Shown here: piece by piece, positions 23,685 to 35,462 of the stretch
How positions within the stretch are numbered: the first letter of the stretch is position 1
Layout: every line of letters starts with the position of its first letter
NCBI GenBank assembly: GCA_963924565.1
Contig: OZ004610.1
Location: 5,828,001-5,892,000, forward strand
Direction of reading: 5' to 3'
Origin: Ascidiella aspersa
Lineage: Eukaryota
Length of the DNA: 64,000 bases
The notes under the pieces: generated by a model
What the model was told of the DNA's origin: nothing
What the model saw: the letters and a program-made list of their open reading frames with translations, nothing else
Databases searched by the model: none
Translations under genes and position numbers: made by a program

Positions 23685-26600
23685 ATGTCATCGCCTGCCC
23701 AACCAGATAGTTTTAGCATGTCAATTGCAGATGACTTTGCATTTAACAACAATGTTAAAGGAGCAACGACTGCTGTGAGATTGGGTTTGTACACTAGAAA
23801 TTTGAATTCTTTTTTTCTATAAATTAAAAACACAAATTGGTTTTAATTTTGATATTTATGCACTTTTAAAATCTACTGCGCACAGTACACTAAACCATTG
23901 CTAATGCACTAAACCTATAGAAACATACACCCTGTTGTACTGAAAGAACTATTAACCTTTATGAAGACTAGTTAGTACTTAACAATATTGCTATGCACGC
24001 TTACATACATGTTGTGCCATGTGTTGTACACTCCAGTCAATCTGGTAATAACCTGTTTGTTTATTATATTACCTCATCATAGGCTTATTGTAATATGGTA
24101 TCTTGTACACTCAAGTACACCCCACCCATGAGGTACACCCTTTAAAAATTTTTGTTCACCCCCCGTAATTTTTTGTACATGTATAAACTATTATGAAATA
24201 ATACAGTTTTGATCTATTTATATTTGTTATCAGGCTTCATCAGAAAAGTCTATTCGATCCTCACTGCTCAATTACTGCTGACAACTGCTGTGTCTGCTTT
24301 GTTTATGGCAGTAAAGCCTTTAAAGGTGTTTGCTCAAACAAAGTAAGTAATTTTTACAGATACATAATGTTGTATAGAGTTAGAGAACCATATTAGTTTT
24401 AATAGCATTTTAGGAAAAAACCTTTAACAACATGTGTCAGTTTTTTTCCATTTATTGTAAATTTATAATAATACTATTTGACCAGTCTATCTTTTGGCTA
24501 ACATTGTAAAAGGATGGTTCTAGTAAAGAGTAAATATTAAGAAAAATTAAACCATTCACAAATGAATTGTGAAAGAAAGAATCATATTGGGATTTCAATG
24601 AAGTTTAGTTTGTGAGTGTTAATCTGGCAAACCAATGACCCTAGCCTTTACCCAGATTTCATTTAACCTTACTATGACAAGAATGCACTTTTTAATGGAT
24701 TGAAGTGTTATTTATACAATGTTTTGGAAACCTTACAACTAAATCAGTTATATGCACATAGATAAAAAAATATATAAAGAATCATAGGCCCCAAACATGA
24801 CCCCTTAGTACGTTTCTGTCATAATGTGCAACAGCGCAAAAGCTGTTATCTAAGAAATGTCATGTCATTTATCTTATTCATATAATTATTTTTGCACTGG
24901 TTAGAAAAAAACTAGCTGGAAAAAAATTTGGCGCCTATTTATATCAATCTTGATTATAACATCTTTCTTATTTTAGCCAATGGATGTTGCTGCTGTGTGT
25001 TGTTGCCTCATTTGGCTTTCTCATTGCCCTCCATGTTAAACGAACGGAGTTTCCAATCAACATGTATCTTCTGGCGGGGTTCACGCTGGTTGAATCGTAC
25101 ACCATTGCATCGGTTGTCATCTTCTACAAGTTTGTGGTTTTGTCTTACACTTGGATTAAACATTGACTGTGTCTTTGGATGTCTGCTCGACCTTAACTTT
25201 TAAAAATACTTGTGCACATCAGAAAGTGCAGTATGTAGTGGTTCTCAGCACACTTTTTGTCACACTTTGCACGTAAACACTCCTTTACTATAAATTTGAC
25301 GTATTCTCAATTGCATAAAACATTTAGGTCCGATCTAAGTAAAGAGTGCCTAAAAGCTACACGTTTATATAACAAAATTGTCAGTGGAAATTTATTATGA
25401 CCCGCCAAGAACTTCCTGAATTTGGTTTGACCCGCGACTAGCAAAAGGTTGCCGACCGCTGATTTAAACTATGCATTGTTTTATGTAGTGCTGTATTACT
25501 GTTTTTGAGCATTTAGTCATCTTTTTAAAGGTTTACTGACGACTGGTGGAACAAAACCAGTTCTTTCTTTGGGTTTATGCAAAACTCTTAAAAATGCTTA
25601 ATTGATATGTTTGGCAAACCAAAAAGACAAATAACTATAAAATGCCTAAGAAAAATAAGATGCTGGGTACTTTAGAGAATTGAGTTCTACTCTTAGACTT
25701 AGAGGGTACTTTTAGAGAATCAATTGGTTGAAATAAAAGACCTAGCATATTATTAAAATAGGAAAAATGATAATTGCAAATCACCACCAAAAAAGAACAA
25801 AGCAAGTACTGTTAAAATGTCTAGTTTTTAATGTAAAATTCCTAGTCTGGTGCAAAACCTGATGTGCTTTATCGTGCAGAAAATCATTAAATAAATAGAT
25901 TTCAGCGCAAAACATTTTCTAAAATATAGAATGACAGTGTTGTAGAATTATTTTTCAATGTAATTCATGGAATTTATTTGCCATTCTGTACTATATTATA
26001 ATGGTCGTTGAAAATTCAAATATTCTTCTCTTTCAGGGTTGAAATCGTCATCCAAGCCTTCATTTTGACTGTCGCCGTGTTCGGGAGTCTTACTTCGTAC
26101 GCCATGCAATCCAAGAAGGACTACAGCTCGTGGGGTGCAGGACTGTTCGCTGCACTCTGGGTTCTCATTGGGGCTGGATTCATGGGGGTAATGATAAACA
26201 TCGACAGAACCCTGAAAATTAGGGCACATACATGCATCATTGCAACACGTTACGGTCACTTGTCACTGTTTATGTTTCTTTGAGTAGTTCGTATCTTTTC
26301 TGAAAGGCTTTACCTTTATCGTGGTACAAGACTGATTATCAACTTACCTTAAAAAATTATGATTAATTTATCGATTAAGGATTGAAACCTTCATGCACCC
26401 GTATGTTGATAAATGTATGCACAGAGTTGTCGTGCCCTTACCAAATTCGTATACAAAGTAACCCAATCTGTATACAAATTTAGCCGCTTGGCGAAACTCA
26501 AAGGTAGGCCTTTACAGTGGTAGACCAAACATTTTTCGCAATTCAGGGTTGTTCCGAAGCAAAAATTTACACTCGCCAGCTGGGCGAGCGGCAATCAATC

Positions 26601-28697
26601 GGCACTCGCCCGACGAAATAACACTCGACAAATTTGTTGGCATGCCGTCTGCAAATTTTCGTCCGTACGCGGTCATTTCTTAGGTTATCGTTATTCTGTT
26701 TTGTGGTTTTTCTACGTAAACAGTAGTTTTTATAAAAGTCTGGTTGTTTATTTCCAAGCACGGATGAACAAATTAATGACCCATAAAGCAGTTTACGGTT
26801 AAGACAATGTTTAGCGAAATATTTTTAACAATCTTTAGTGAAAAAAATAACACTGACAATTTAGTAACCACGGTCTGCCTGTTTTCCATTTTTTCTGTGC
26901 TTGAAGGACGTTTTAACGCAGGTTGTTTCACGCCACAAACAAAACGCCACATTTCGCCTAACACTATAGTTTGTAGTTACACAAGTAGGCGATATTTTCA
27001 AATATCGTAGTGTTCAGTGGAGGTTTCGGTCCCTCAAAACATAAAAAAACACTCCTTACAAATATTATTAGAGGATATTTGCATTGAAACTTATTGTTAG
27101 CAAAAACTGTAGCAATTGCTCTTAATTTCGTAATACAAACAATTAAATAAACACAAAAAAGTAGAACTATTATCCTGGGTGCATTGCAAGTCCAATAAAC
27201 TTTTCCAAAGGCGTCAACGACTGGGTTAAACATTTAAAAATTAACAATGTTCAAGTTAAACGAAAAACCTTATAACTATTTGCCACTGCAGCAATGACGT
27301 CTTTGATTGTTTGCCGGTAAACGATTTTTTTTAAACGGGACAAAGAGTCTTTATTACGAGCTTCGAACGTGACTTCGATTAACCTTATTATGTGTGTAGT
27401 GTTCAAGGTATTTGCGTCTTAGTGTTTAGGGAAATAACTGGCGCTAAGTAATATTTTCGCAGTGGTGCTTAACACAAGTTGTCCTACACCAACTAATTAA
27501 ATTTCTCGCCGGAGCCACTCGCCAGTCGGGCGAGTGGGTGTCAATCGGCACTCGCCGGGAGCGATTTGCACTCGCATTGGCGAGCGGGCGAGTGCTTAAG
27601 GCCAACCCTGCAATTGTTTTTTTACAATTTGAAATTTTGGCACAAACATTCCATTTTGGTCTATGGGTTGCCATAACTCTTCCTGTTCTAACCACAACTA
27701 TCACCCCTATGCCCCTTTATTACCACGCACAGCCGCATCCCATGTTCAAGTCCACGAAGAACGAGCATGACAACAATTTAATACAGGGGTGGCCAACCCG
27801 CATCTCGTGAGCCGTATGTGCCTCTCACGTTCATGTTGTATAGCATTTTATAGTGTCACTTTTGTTTGTTAAATTTTGAGAAATAATTTTGCCGTCCCGC
27901 ATTAGAACCAATTATTATTTTAGTTTGATTAAGTCAATAGATTTTTTAGGCTTCAACAGCCTAATGGCATTTATTGAAATAATCTTCAGTGTATTACAAA
28001 TCGAATATGTAACATTTTAAAATATTCAATCGAGCAAAAGTATATAATGGACTGGTGGAGAAACGGAATAATATTCATTTCTCCCAGTGTGTAAAATGTG
28101 ACTGTGTTTTGTAAAGTCGGTAATAGGACTCTTAGTATCAGACTGGCTTGCCACCCCTACTTCAATCGAGCAAAAGTATATAATGTACTGGTGGAGAAAC
28201 GGAGTAATATTCATTTCTCCCAGTGTGTAAGATCTGGCTCTGTGTTTTGTTAATTTACAGCAATATGACCCTTAGTCTCTGACTGATGGGCCGCCCCCAC
28301 TTTAATGGAGTGGTGCTGGACTGGGGAAGAAACGGAGTGATATACACTTCTGTCCATGTGTAAAATGTGACTGTGTTTTGTTAAGTCGGTAATAGGACTC
28401 TTAGTGTCTGACTGGCTTGCCACCCCGCTTACTCTAACTCATTTCCTAAAGAAAGAAATTAAATCAACGCTTGCTTTCCTTGCGCAGATGTTTTTCCACA
28501 GCGACACGTTTGAGCTGATGTGCGCTAGCGCCGGTGCCCTGGTCTTCTGCCTCTTCATAATCTACGACACCCACCTGCTGATGCACAGGCTCTCGCCCGA
28601 GGAATACCTTCTTGCCTCCATCAGTCTCTATCTCGACGTCATCAACCTCTTCCTTGAAACGCTTCGAATTCTGAGCAAGCTCAACCAGAGAAACTGA
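23685..28697 (+). CDS. TMBIM4: Protein lifeguard 4 / GAAP (Bax inhibitor-1 family), 240 aa, 5 exons
   Basis: Exons 23685-23784, 24234-24342, 24977-25129, 26037-26187, 28488-28697 total 723 nt. [75 protein letters not shown]. Confidence 0.95.
26544..27610. mobile_element. Non-autonomous DNA transposon of about 1.07 kb in TMBIM4 intron 4
   Basis: TIR cagggttg / caaccctg, subterminal cactcgcc/ggcgagtg repeats at both ends, flanked by caatt on both sides. Confidence 0.75.
28025..28430. repeat. Three tandem units of about 135 bp, with a fourth partial copy at about 29196-29306
   Basis: Unit ttcaatcgagcaaaagtatataatg..ggagaaacgga.taatattcatttctcccagtgtgtaa..gactggcttgccacccc. Confidence 0.8.
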
Positions 28698-29934
28698 AGG
28701 GTTTCTGCATCTGCTGCCGATTTCTTGCACTTAAAACAGTATAAATAGTAAATATATATATTGTGTGAACAAATGTTAATCGGGTGGCACTGCGGAACGG
28801 CAAGACAAGGTCCGACTTAAGATTCTTGTTTTGATACAGCACTATTGTGCAGAAATTTTACTGTACTGTGTTTGTTAGGATATAATAAGAATATAGTCGG
28901 AGTGTGCCAACAGTAGTAAAAAGTTGTGAATACTTTAACGATTCTAGCTGTGCTTGGACTTGAATTGGCATTTTATTTTAGCAGTTAAGCTGATCTAGGC
29001 TTGCTTGCTTTTTATAAAATCGGCTGGCATTTGGTAAGGGCAAGTTGTATTTTTAAGAAATATACAAGCCTTTTTACTACTGCGCTTTATCGGTTCCGGG
29101 TTGGCATTGTTCGTTTGTTAAAGCACTATTCTGTGGATCACAAATCAAATTATTGTAACCTACTTAGTATTGTTGGTGTGTAACATTTCGAAATATTTAA
29201 TCGAGCAAGAGTACATAGTGTACTGGAGAAGAAATGGAGTAATATTAATTCCTGCCCATGTGTAAGATGTGGCTCTGCGTTTTGTAAAGTCAATAATATG
29301 GCTCTTCTAAAGGTTTTAAATTTGTATGTATGAAGTATATTAGTCGTACTCAGCAAACAGTAGATGCAAAATTAGTAAACTTTTAAACTGTTTTATGCTA
29401 AAATTATTTAACATAAGTAGTTGCATTTCGGGTAACGCTTTATTTTAGGAGTTATATACTCATCTGACCTTGCTTGATTTTCATATCGATAAATAGCGGT
29501 GTCATGAAAAAAACCAACAGATTTTTTTTCAGGCAAAGCGTAAATTATAAAGTTTAATATGTCCAATAGTCATTCCTGTGTGCACATTTTTACCTACGTT
29601 GTTTTACTTTTTGTTATTTTCGGAGATTGAAATGGATTTTTCTTTCAGATCAAAGACAGGTAAAGTTGACTTTGTAAATAAAATATAATTGATTCCATGC
29701 TTTGTTTTCGTTTAAAAAAAAGGAGCAGTATTTATGATTGTGACCTCACAAGTTGACTTAATGTAAACCTGTCGTATTCGGTCGAAGTCCTGCGCAATTA
29801 TAAGGCTGGAATTGAGTCAAAATCATTCCAATTTTTAAATAATAAACTTCAATATTTCAACCAAGCCAATATGGACCCTTAAAACTAGTCCACGTAAAAC
29901 CAAGAGGTTCACGAATCCCAGTTTAACAACAGAG

Positions 29935-31855
29935 CAGCGTTTCTCAACCGGTGCGCCGCGGAAGGTTGCCAGGTGCGCCGCGAGAAAATGGGAAAGAATG
30001 TTACAAAAATTCTGTATTATTTTAGAATTGGCGACTAAAAGTGGATTCCAGCAATAAGACCAAAATTAGTAATAACATCAACGTCGGAATAAAACACAGT
30101 TCGGAATAAGATCGAAAAACGACCAATAGATAACATACCCAAACCCCTATCGGACCAACAGTCCAGTTTCAAAACAGCGTCTACAAACACCGCCGTTTAA
30201 AAAAACATGGCCCTAATAAGGCGGTGGCGGCGCCTAATCGTTTTATATCCATTTCCTGCGGATGAGGATGTTATTTAGGCCACTTGGATCTTATACCGAA
30301 AATGTATTGGGTTTATTATGACGTTGGTCAATTCTGGAATTCAAACTTAAAAATTTAAATGACATATTCCTACATTTGAATAGTTTAAAATTGTCAATGC
30401 AGAATCAAATTGAAAACACTCATCCACAGATAAAATTAAAGCTTTTCTTAAAAAAATATGGATTTGGAGAAGGAAAGTTAAATTAGGCTATTTAGAGATG
30501 ATTTTTTAATCAAGGATGACCATTCAGATTTATCTTTTTTAATAAAGGACTATGTTTGTAAATAAACTGTAGTGACTATTTTCTGTGAATAAACATTGAG
30601 CAATATGACTGGATTCGTAGCCCCTATTGAAGTTCCAATGGTTGATATGTTGGCTTTTCGCTAACAAAGAAAGAGGAACTATTGCAACATGTATCTAACG
30701 GGGTTTTCTCCATAAGACCGCAATTAAAACAACACCAACTTCGGTATAAAAAACAGTTCGGAATAAGACCAAAATAGGACTAATACCTATAATACTCGTA
30801 ATAACGTTTAAATTAAAATAAGACATAATTCGTCCGAATAGGGCCGAAATTGCAAGAATAAGGCCTTTAAAACCTTTTACTTAACCCCAAACTCCACTCA
30901 TAACTTCAACATTAACTCCCCTAATAATTTGAACCATAAACCAAATTCTTATTCTACCCATTACTCGCGCCTAACCCCAAACAGAGGCAACCAATGCAGT
31001 GCCAAAACAGTGGGGCCCTAACGGCATTTTAAACTAGGGCACCCAAACGTCGACACCAAAACGGCCGATGCCAAGAAGATGTCCCTTAACTGTCCCAGTA
31101 GGTCTTATTCCGTTAAATTTTGGATTTATTCCGAGTTAGATGTTGTTGCTTTCGAGCCTTATTCTGTGTTTCCATCGAACTCGTCCATTTAGGTCTTATT
31201 CCGTTAAATTTTGGATTTATTCCGAGTTAGATGTTGTTGCTTTCGAGCCTTATTCTGTGTTTCCATCGAACTCTAACTAACATACCGTGTGTTTTTATAA
31301 TTTACAACATAAAATGCCTATTTTATTTCTTTTTTCTTTTTATTTAGGCCTGTCTTATTAAGCACATCGTATTTTAAAGCAGGGCTGTGGAGTCGGAGTC
31401 AGATTTCGTGCGCAGTAACAATTTTAAAACTAATAATGCCGCCAACTGCAAATTGAAAAGGCCGAATAGCATATGGTGGATATTTTCCAGCAATGGTTTG
31501 TGGGTGGATGAGATATATGACACCCCTATGAGGGGATATATGAAAATCCACTTTAATTTAGTTGCGTACATGGGTGAAATAAAGGCTGTAGAGTGGCAGC
31601 CGGACTCAATTTGAATTTGACGAAATTGCACATTTGGTCCGAGTCGAACTTGAGAGTTGGAGTCGGGTTATTTTTAACCGACTCCGCAGGTTTCTTTATA
31701 GATAATAAAATTAGAAGCCTGATGTAATAACAACTGCCAGCAAAAAACAAAATATCCAAACAAAGTTAGCAGTTGACTCGCTCGTCAGGTGCGCCGCCGC
31801 GTTTTGAAAGGTAATTACGAGTGCGCCCTAGGGTGGAAAAGGTTGAGAAACACTG
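29935..31855 (+). mobile_element. Degenerate hAT (Buster/ZBED5-like) element with nested insertions
   Basis: TIR cagcgtttctcaacc / ggttgagaaacactg. Frameshifted remnant at 30361-30630: DIFLHLNSLKLSMQ..DKIKAFLKKIWIWRRKVKLGYLEM..EQYDWIRSP. Contains a family A copy (31380-31689). Confidence 0.75.
31099..31272. repeat. Near-perfect tandem duplication with a 90-bp period
   Basis: taggtcttattccgttaaattttggatttattccgagttagatgttgttgctttcgagccttattctgtgtttccatcgaactc occurs twice. Confidence 0.85.
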
Positions 31856-32003
31856 CCTTAGAGTCTCATTATGACGTTGCTTTTCCTATTTGGGGTTCAG
31901 ATTTTTGAATACGTAAGTTATTGCTAAAAAATTATTCACTACGGTACGCAATTAACGAGGTGATAAGCAAAAATTTCTAAAAATGGTAAGAATGACTTTG
32001 GGG

Positions 32004-32314
32004 CAGGAGTTCTTAATCTTTTTTTACCGCGGACCCCTAATTTTTTTGCCTCTCGTGAACCACGGTAGCTAAAATTGACGTCAAAGTCAAATAGACTTCG
32101 TAATTTGCTGATTTCGGTTTAAAAACATAAAAGTGAAATCTAGTCTAAATACAGTGCAAAACCGTTTTATTTTTAATCAAACTATTTTCTTTAAAAGAAT
32201 GATTGGGCCTTACCTCTTAAATATACACTCATATTTCAAGTAGGCCTTTATGGGCCCCCTAAAACTAGTTTACGCACCCCCAAGGGTCCATGGAACCCAG
32301 TTTAAGAACCACTG
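32004..32314. mobile_element. hAT-type MITE (ggacccc..ggtccatgga..cagtttaagaaccactg family)
   Basis: caggagttcttaa..ttaagaaccactg. The same 3' end recurs at about 7557-7597, 29870-29925 and 63085-63127. Confidence 0.65.
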
Positions 32315-35107
32315 CTTTAGGTTGAGCTACATTTTGCAGATCTATATTAGTGATGACTGTTTTTGTTTTCCACAGGGCCGCGGGTTCAGAACCGAAAACG
32401 ACACACACTGCCGTATATAGCCTACAGTTTTACACCAAATGTGCTTTGTGGTTTTACAGCCGACGAGTCTTCCACACAAATTTCATTTAAAAAAAACAAA
32501 TTTAAGTTCGTTTCAGATTTTGCTTATGTTACCTAAAGTTGCATTTTGTTATGATGCGAATACGATAAAATAGTCGTGGACACTTGTTTCGAGTTCTATT
32601 AGCCTATGAGTAACGAAGAATACAAATTCTGTAGTTGGAGATATGGCGACCCAACCGAATGTCTCTTAATTAACACGTTACAAATATAGGTGCAAAAAAA
32701 AACACAGCGGCTAATTAACTTTGTTCCAAGAAGAGGTTTGGCTTGTCGACTTGGCTTTCTAAACAAGGATGAGTGGGGTTAGGCTACAATCCGTGTTTGT
32801 TTGTATGATTTTAAGTGCATTGTCCAGGAAAAATTATAACATGTTTATTAATAAGAAACATGCTTAGGCCTATTTGGGAGTTGTTTGCTGTGAAAGGCGA
32901 TTTGACCGCATGAACATTGAATAGCTTACGAGTAGCATACTGGTAGTAAATCAACTACTGACGGTCAACTTGGCCCGGTAGCCTATATATGTGACTTTAA
33001 CATTTTATATAGTGCATGCCTCTTTTGCACAATGTGCGCATTGTTTTTATAATTTTTTCAAAACGATTTTATTGCAATACTGTAAAACAGTCTTGCGCAA
33101 CGAATAATTTAAAACTTCAAGCTATTTGAAATCTAGGAGAAATAATTACCACTTTACCATCAGGCGAAAAGACTATAGTTACATCGACAAACAATCGAAC
33201 ATGTTTTGCTGTTACCGCCTGAAACTTGAAGATGAGGTGCAACCTTGTAAACTATTACCCGATGCTAAAGCGTCTTCTGTACATAATTTCGGTGGTCAAA
33301 GAGCTTAGCGCTTTTTATATCCTGTTTATTTCTGAAAAGTGAGAACAGTTTGCCATCCTACAGGGCTTTTTGTGAAGAACTTCACAAGGCTTGACCTAAC
33401 GAGTGGTGTTCACTGTAAGAGTAACACATTGCGGTTGTAAGAAATGTACTGAATAGTCGAAGCTTCGAGAAGCAATCGTGTGAGGAAATTACAAATTATT
33501 TTAACAAGCAAGATCGCTTGACTTGCGGTACCGCCATCTGTTTACCTTAATAAGAACTTAAGATATTAACCTCTCTGCGTCAAGTGGGATGGACTTTATA
33601 GAGACAAACGACGAAAAAAAAGCATGTCGTCAATGGGCCATAAAAACTCCAAAGCTCTATAAAAAAAATGTTTGGTGGAATAAAGCCTATATTGGCATGT
33701 GTGAACGAATATGCATGTATTAAGTATTAACTTGGTTACTTATATTGCTTTGTTGCTTTATACGTTACTTTCTATTCGTTTTCTATCTATTGGCAGTTCC
33801 CTAGTCAGTGTTGGATTGCTCAAACCGAGAGTACCAGTTTATGTAACTAAAAAAAATCGCACACGTTCCTGCTATAACTGCGAACGTTTATTTGCGCTTT
33901 AAAAGACTGATGGTAGGAAGAATAAAGATTAGTAAGTGCCCTTTTGTCCGGGTCAACTTGTGCAACGGTTGTGGAAGTTACGGTAAGACTTCATCGGTGA
34001 ATAGAAAAAAAGCACGTCGCTGCGGATGTGCAACAAAAATACCGGGATAGCGAAGTAACTGAACTATTGCATTACATGCATTACAACCAAAACTTTTACT
34101 TAAAATGCAGGTAAATAAATGTAGCTGAAATACCCTTTGGTAATGGCAAAAGAAGATTGTCGGGATAGATCAAATAACAGTTCAATAAACTTATTTGTAC
34201 ATGCTTATTTACACGCGCGAAGTAGTAACACTGGGTGAGAACTTATGGGTAAAACCAAAATAAAAGTCTGTCATTTACAGCAGTTTCACCCAGAAACCTT
34301 TGTATACACGATGGCGTTGTCTCCGCTCTCCATACTCATAGAGTATCACACGGCGGTTGGCGGTTGACATAATAGATTTACTACGCGTAATAATACTGTT
34401 TGGAACTTGTTTTGGCATCTAACAGGCGCCTCCAAAGTATCGTTGTACGGTTTCTTTTGTACAGGCTTTGTTTCATGAGTTGTGTAAGTGGCAAAAGACA
34501 CTTTAGAGACGCCTGGTGTATAAGGACAAGGGCAAAGGCTTGTTTCTTTAGCGCAGTGGTTCTCAAACTTTTAGTTACCAAGGTTTAAAGAACGACTGCC
34601 GTACACAAGCTGTAAAATGATGGTGAAACGGATTATGTACTCAAAATAAATGAGGAATCTTCGGACCTCAGATTAAGAACCACTACGTTAAGGCAACGTT
34701 CAAACAAATGCACCAATAAAGCAGAGTGAACCACGACCTGTTGACGAAATAAACTTGGCGCTTCGTACATTGTACGTATAGTGAAATATTGCGCGAAAAA
34801 AGAACTAAGAAAGAATGAGGGTGACGACGCGGCACATGAAGAAAGAAAAAAGAAAATGAAACTTAGCGCAAGAATAGTTACAGCGCGTGACACGTTGGCG
34901 CGTTGAGATGACTGAAAAGGTTTCACGTAAAATAGCGTCTTAATGTACAAAAAAAGTAGACTACTAACAACCTTACTTCCAAAAGAAACCAGTTCATCGA
35001 ACGCTACCTAACGCTATTAAGCCAATGCTAAACTAAAAAAGGTAAAACGTGAAATAATTCGAGCTTTATTTTACATCGAGATTGACGTCGCACCACATAC
35101 GATGACG

Positions 35108-35431
35108 TCACTTCATCTCGGTGCTGCAGCCGAGCGTGACGCACTGCAGCGAGCTGTCGTTGTCGCAGCAGATCGGTGAGCCGTCGCCGCCGACATCGGG
35201 CGAGAAAAGCGCCGAAAGCGATTGGTCGGAGGGCGACGAGAAACCGCCCGGCATTACGTCGGTTATTGGCGCCTGGCCGCCGCTCGCATCGCTGCCGACA
35301 CTGCCGTTGCCGTTTGTGAATTGAAAGCTGCCATCCTGGCCCGCCTGAAGGTCGTACTCGTAACCGGGGTCAGGCTGCGACAGCACAATGCTGGGCATCT
35401 CGTACACCTGCTGCTGGTAACCGTAGTCCAT

Positions 35432-35462
<31 letters not shown>

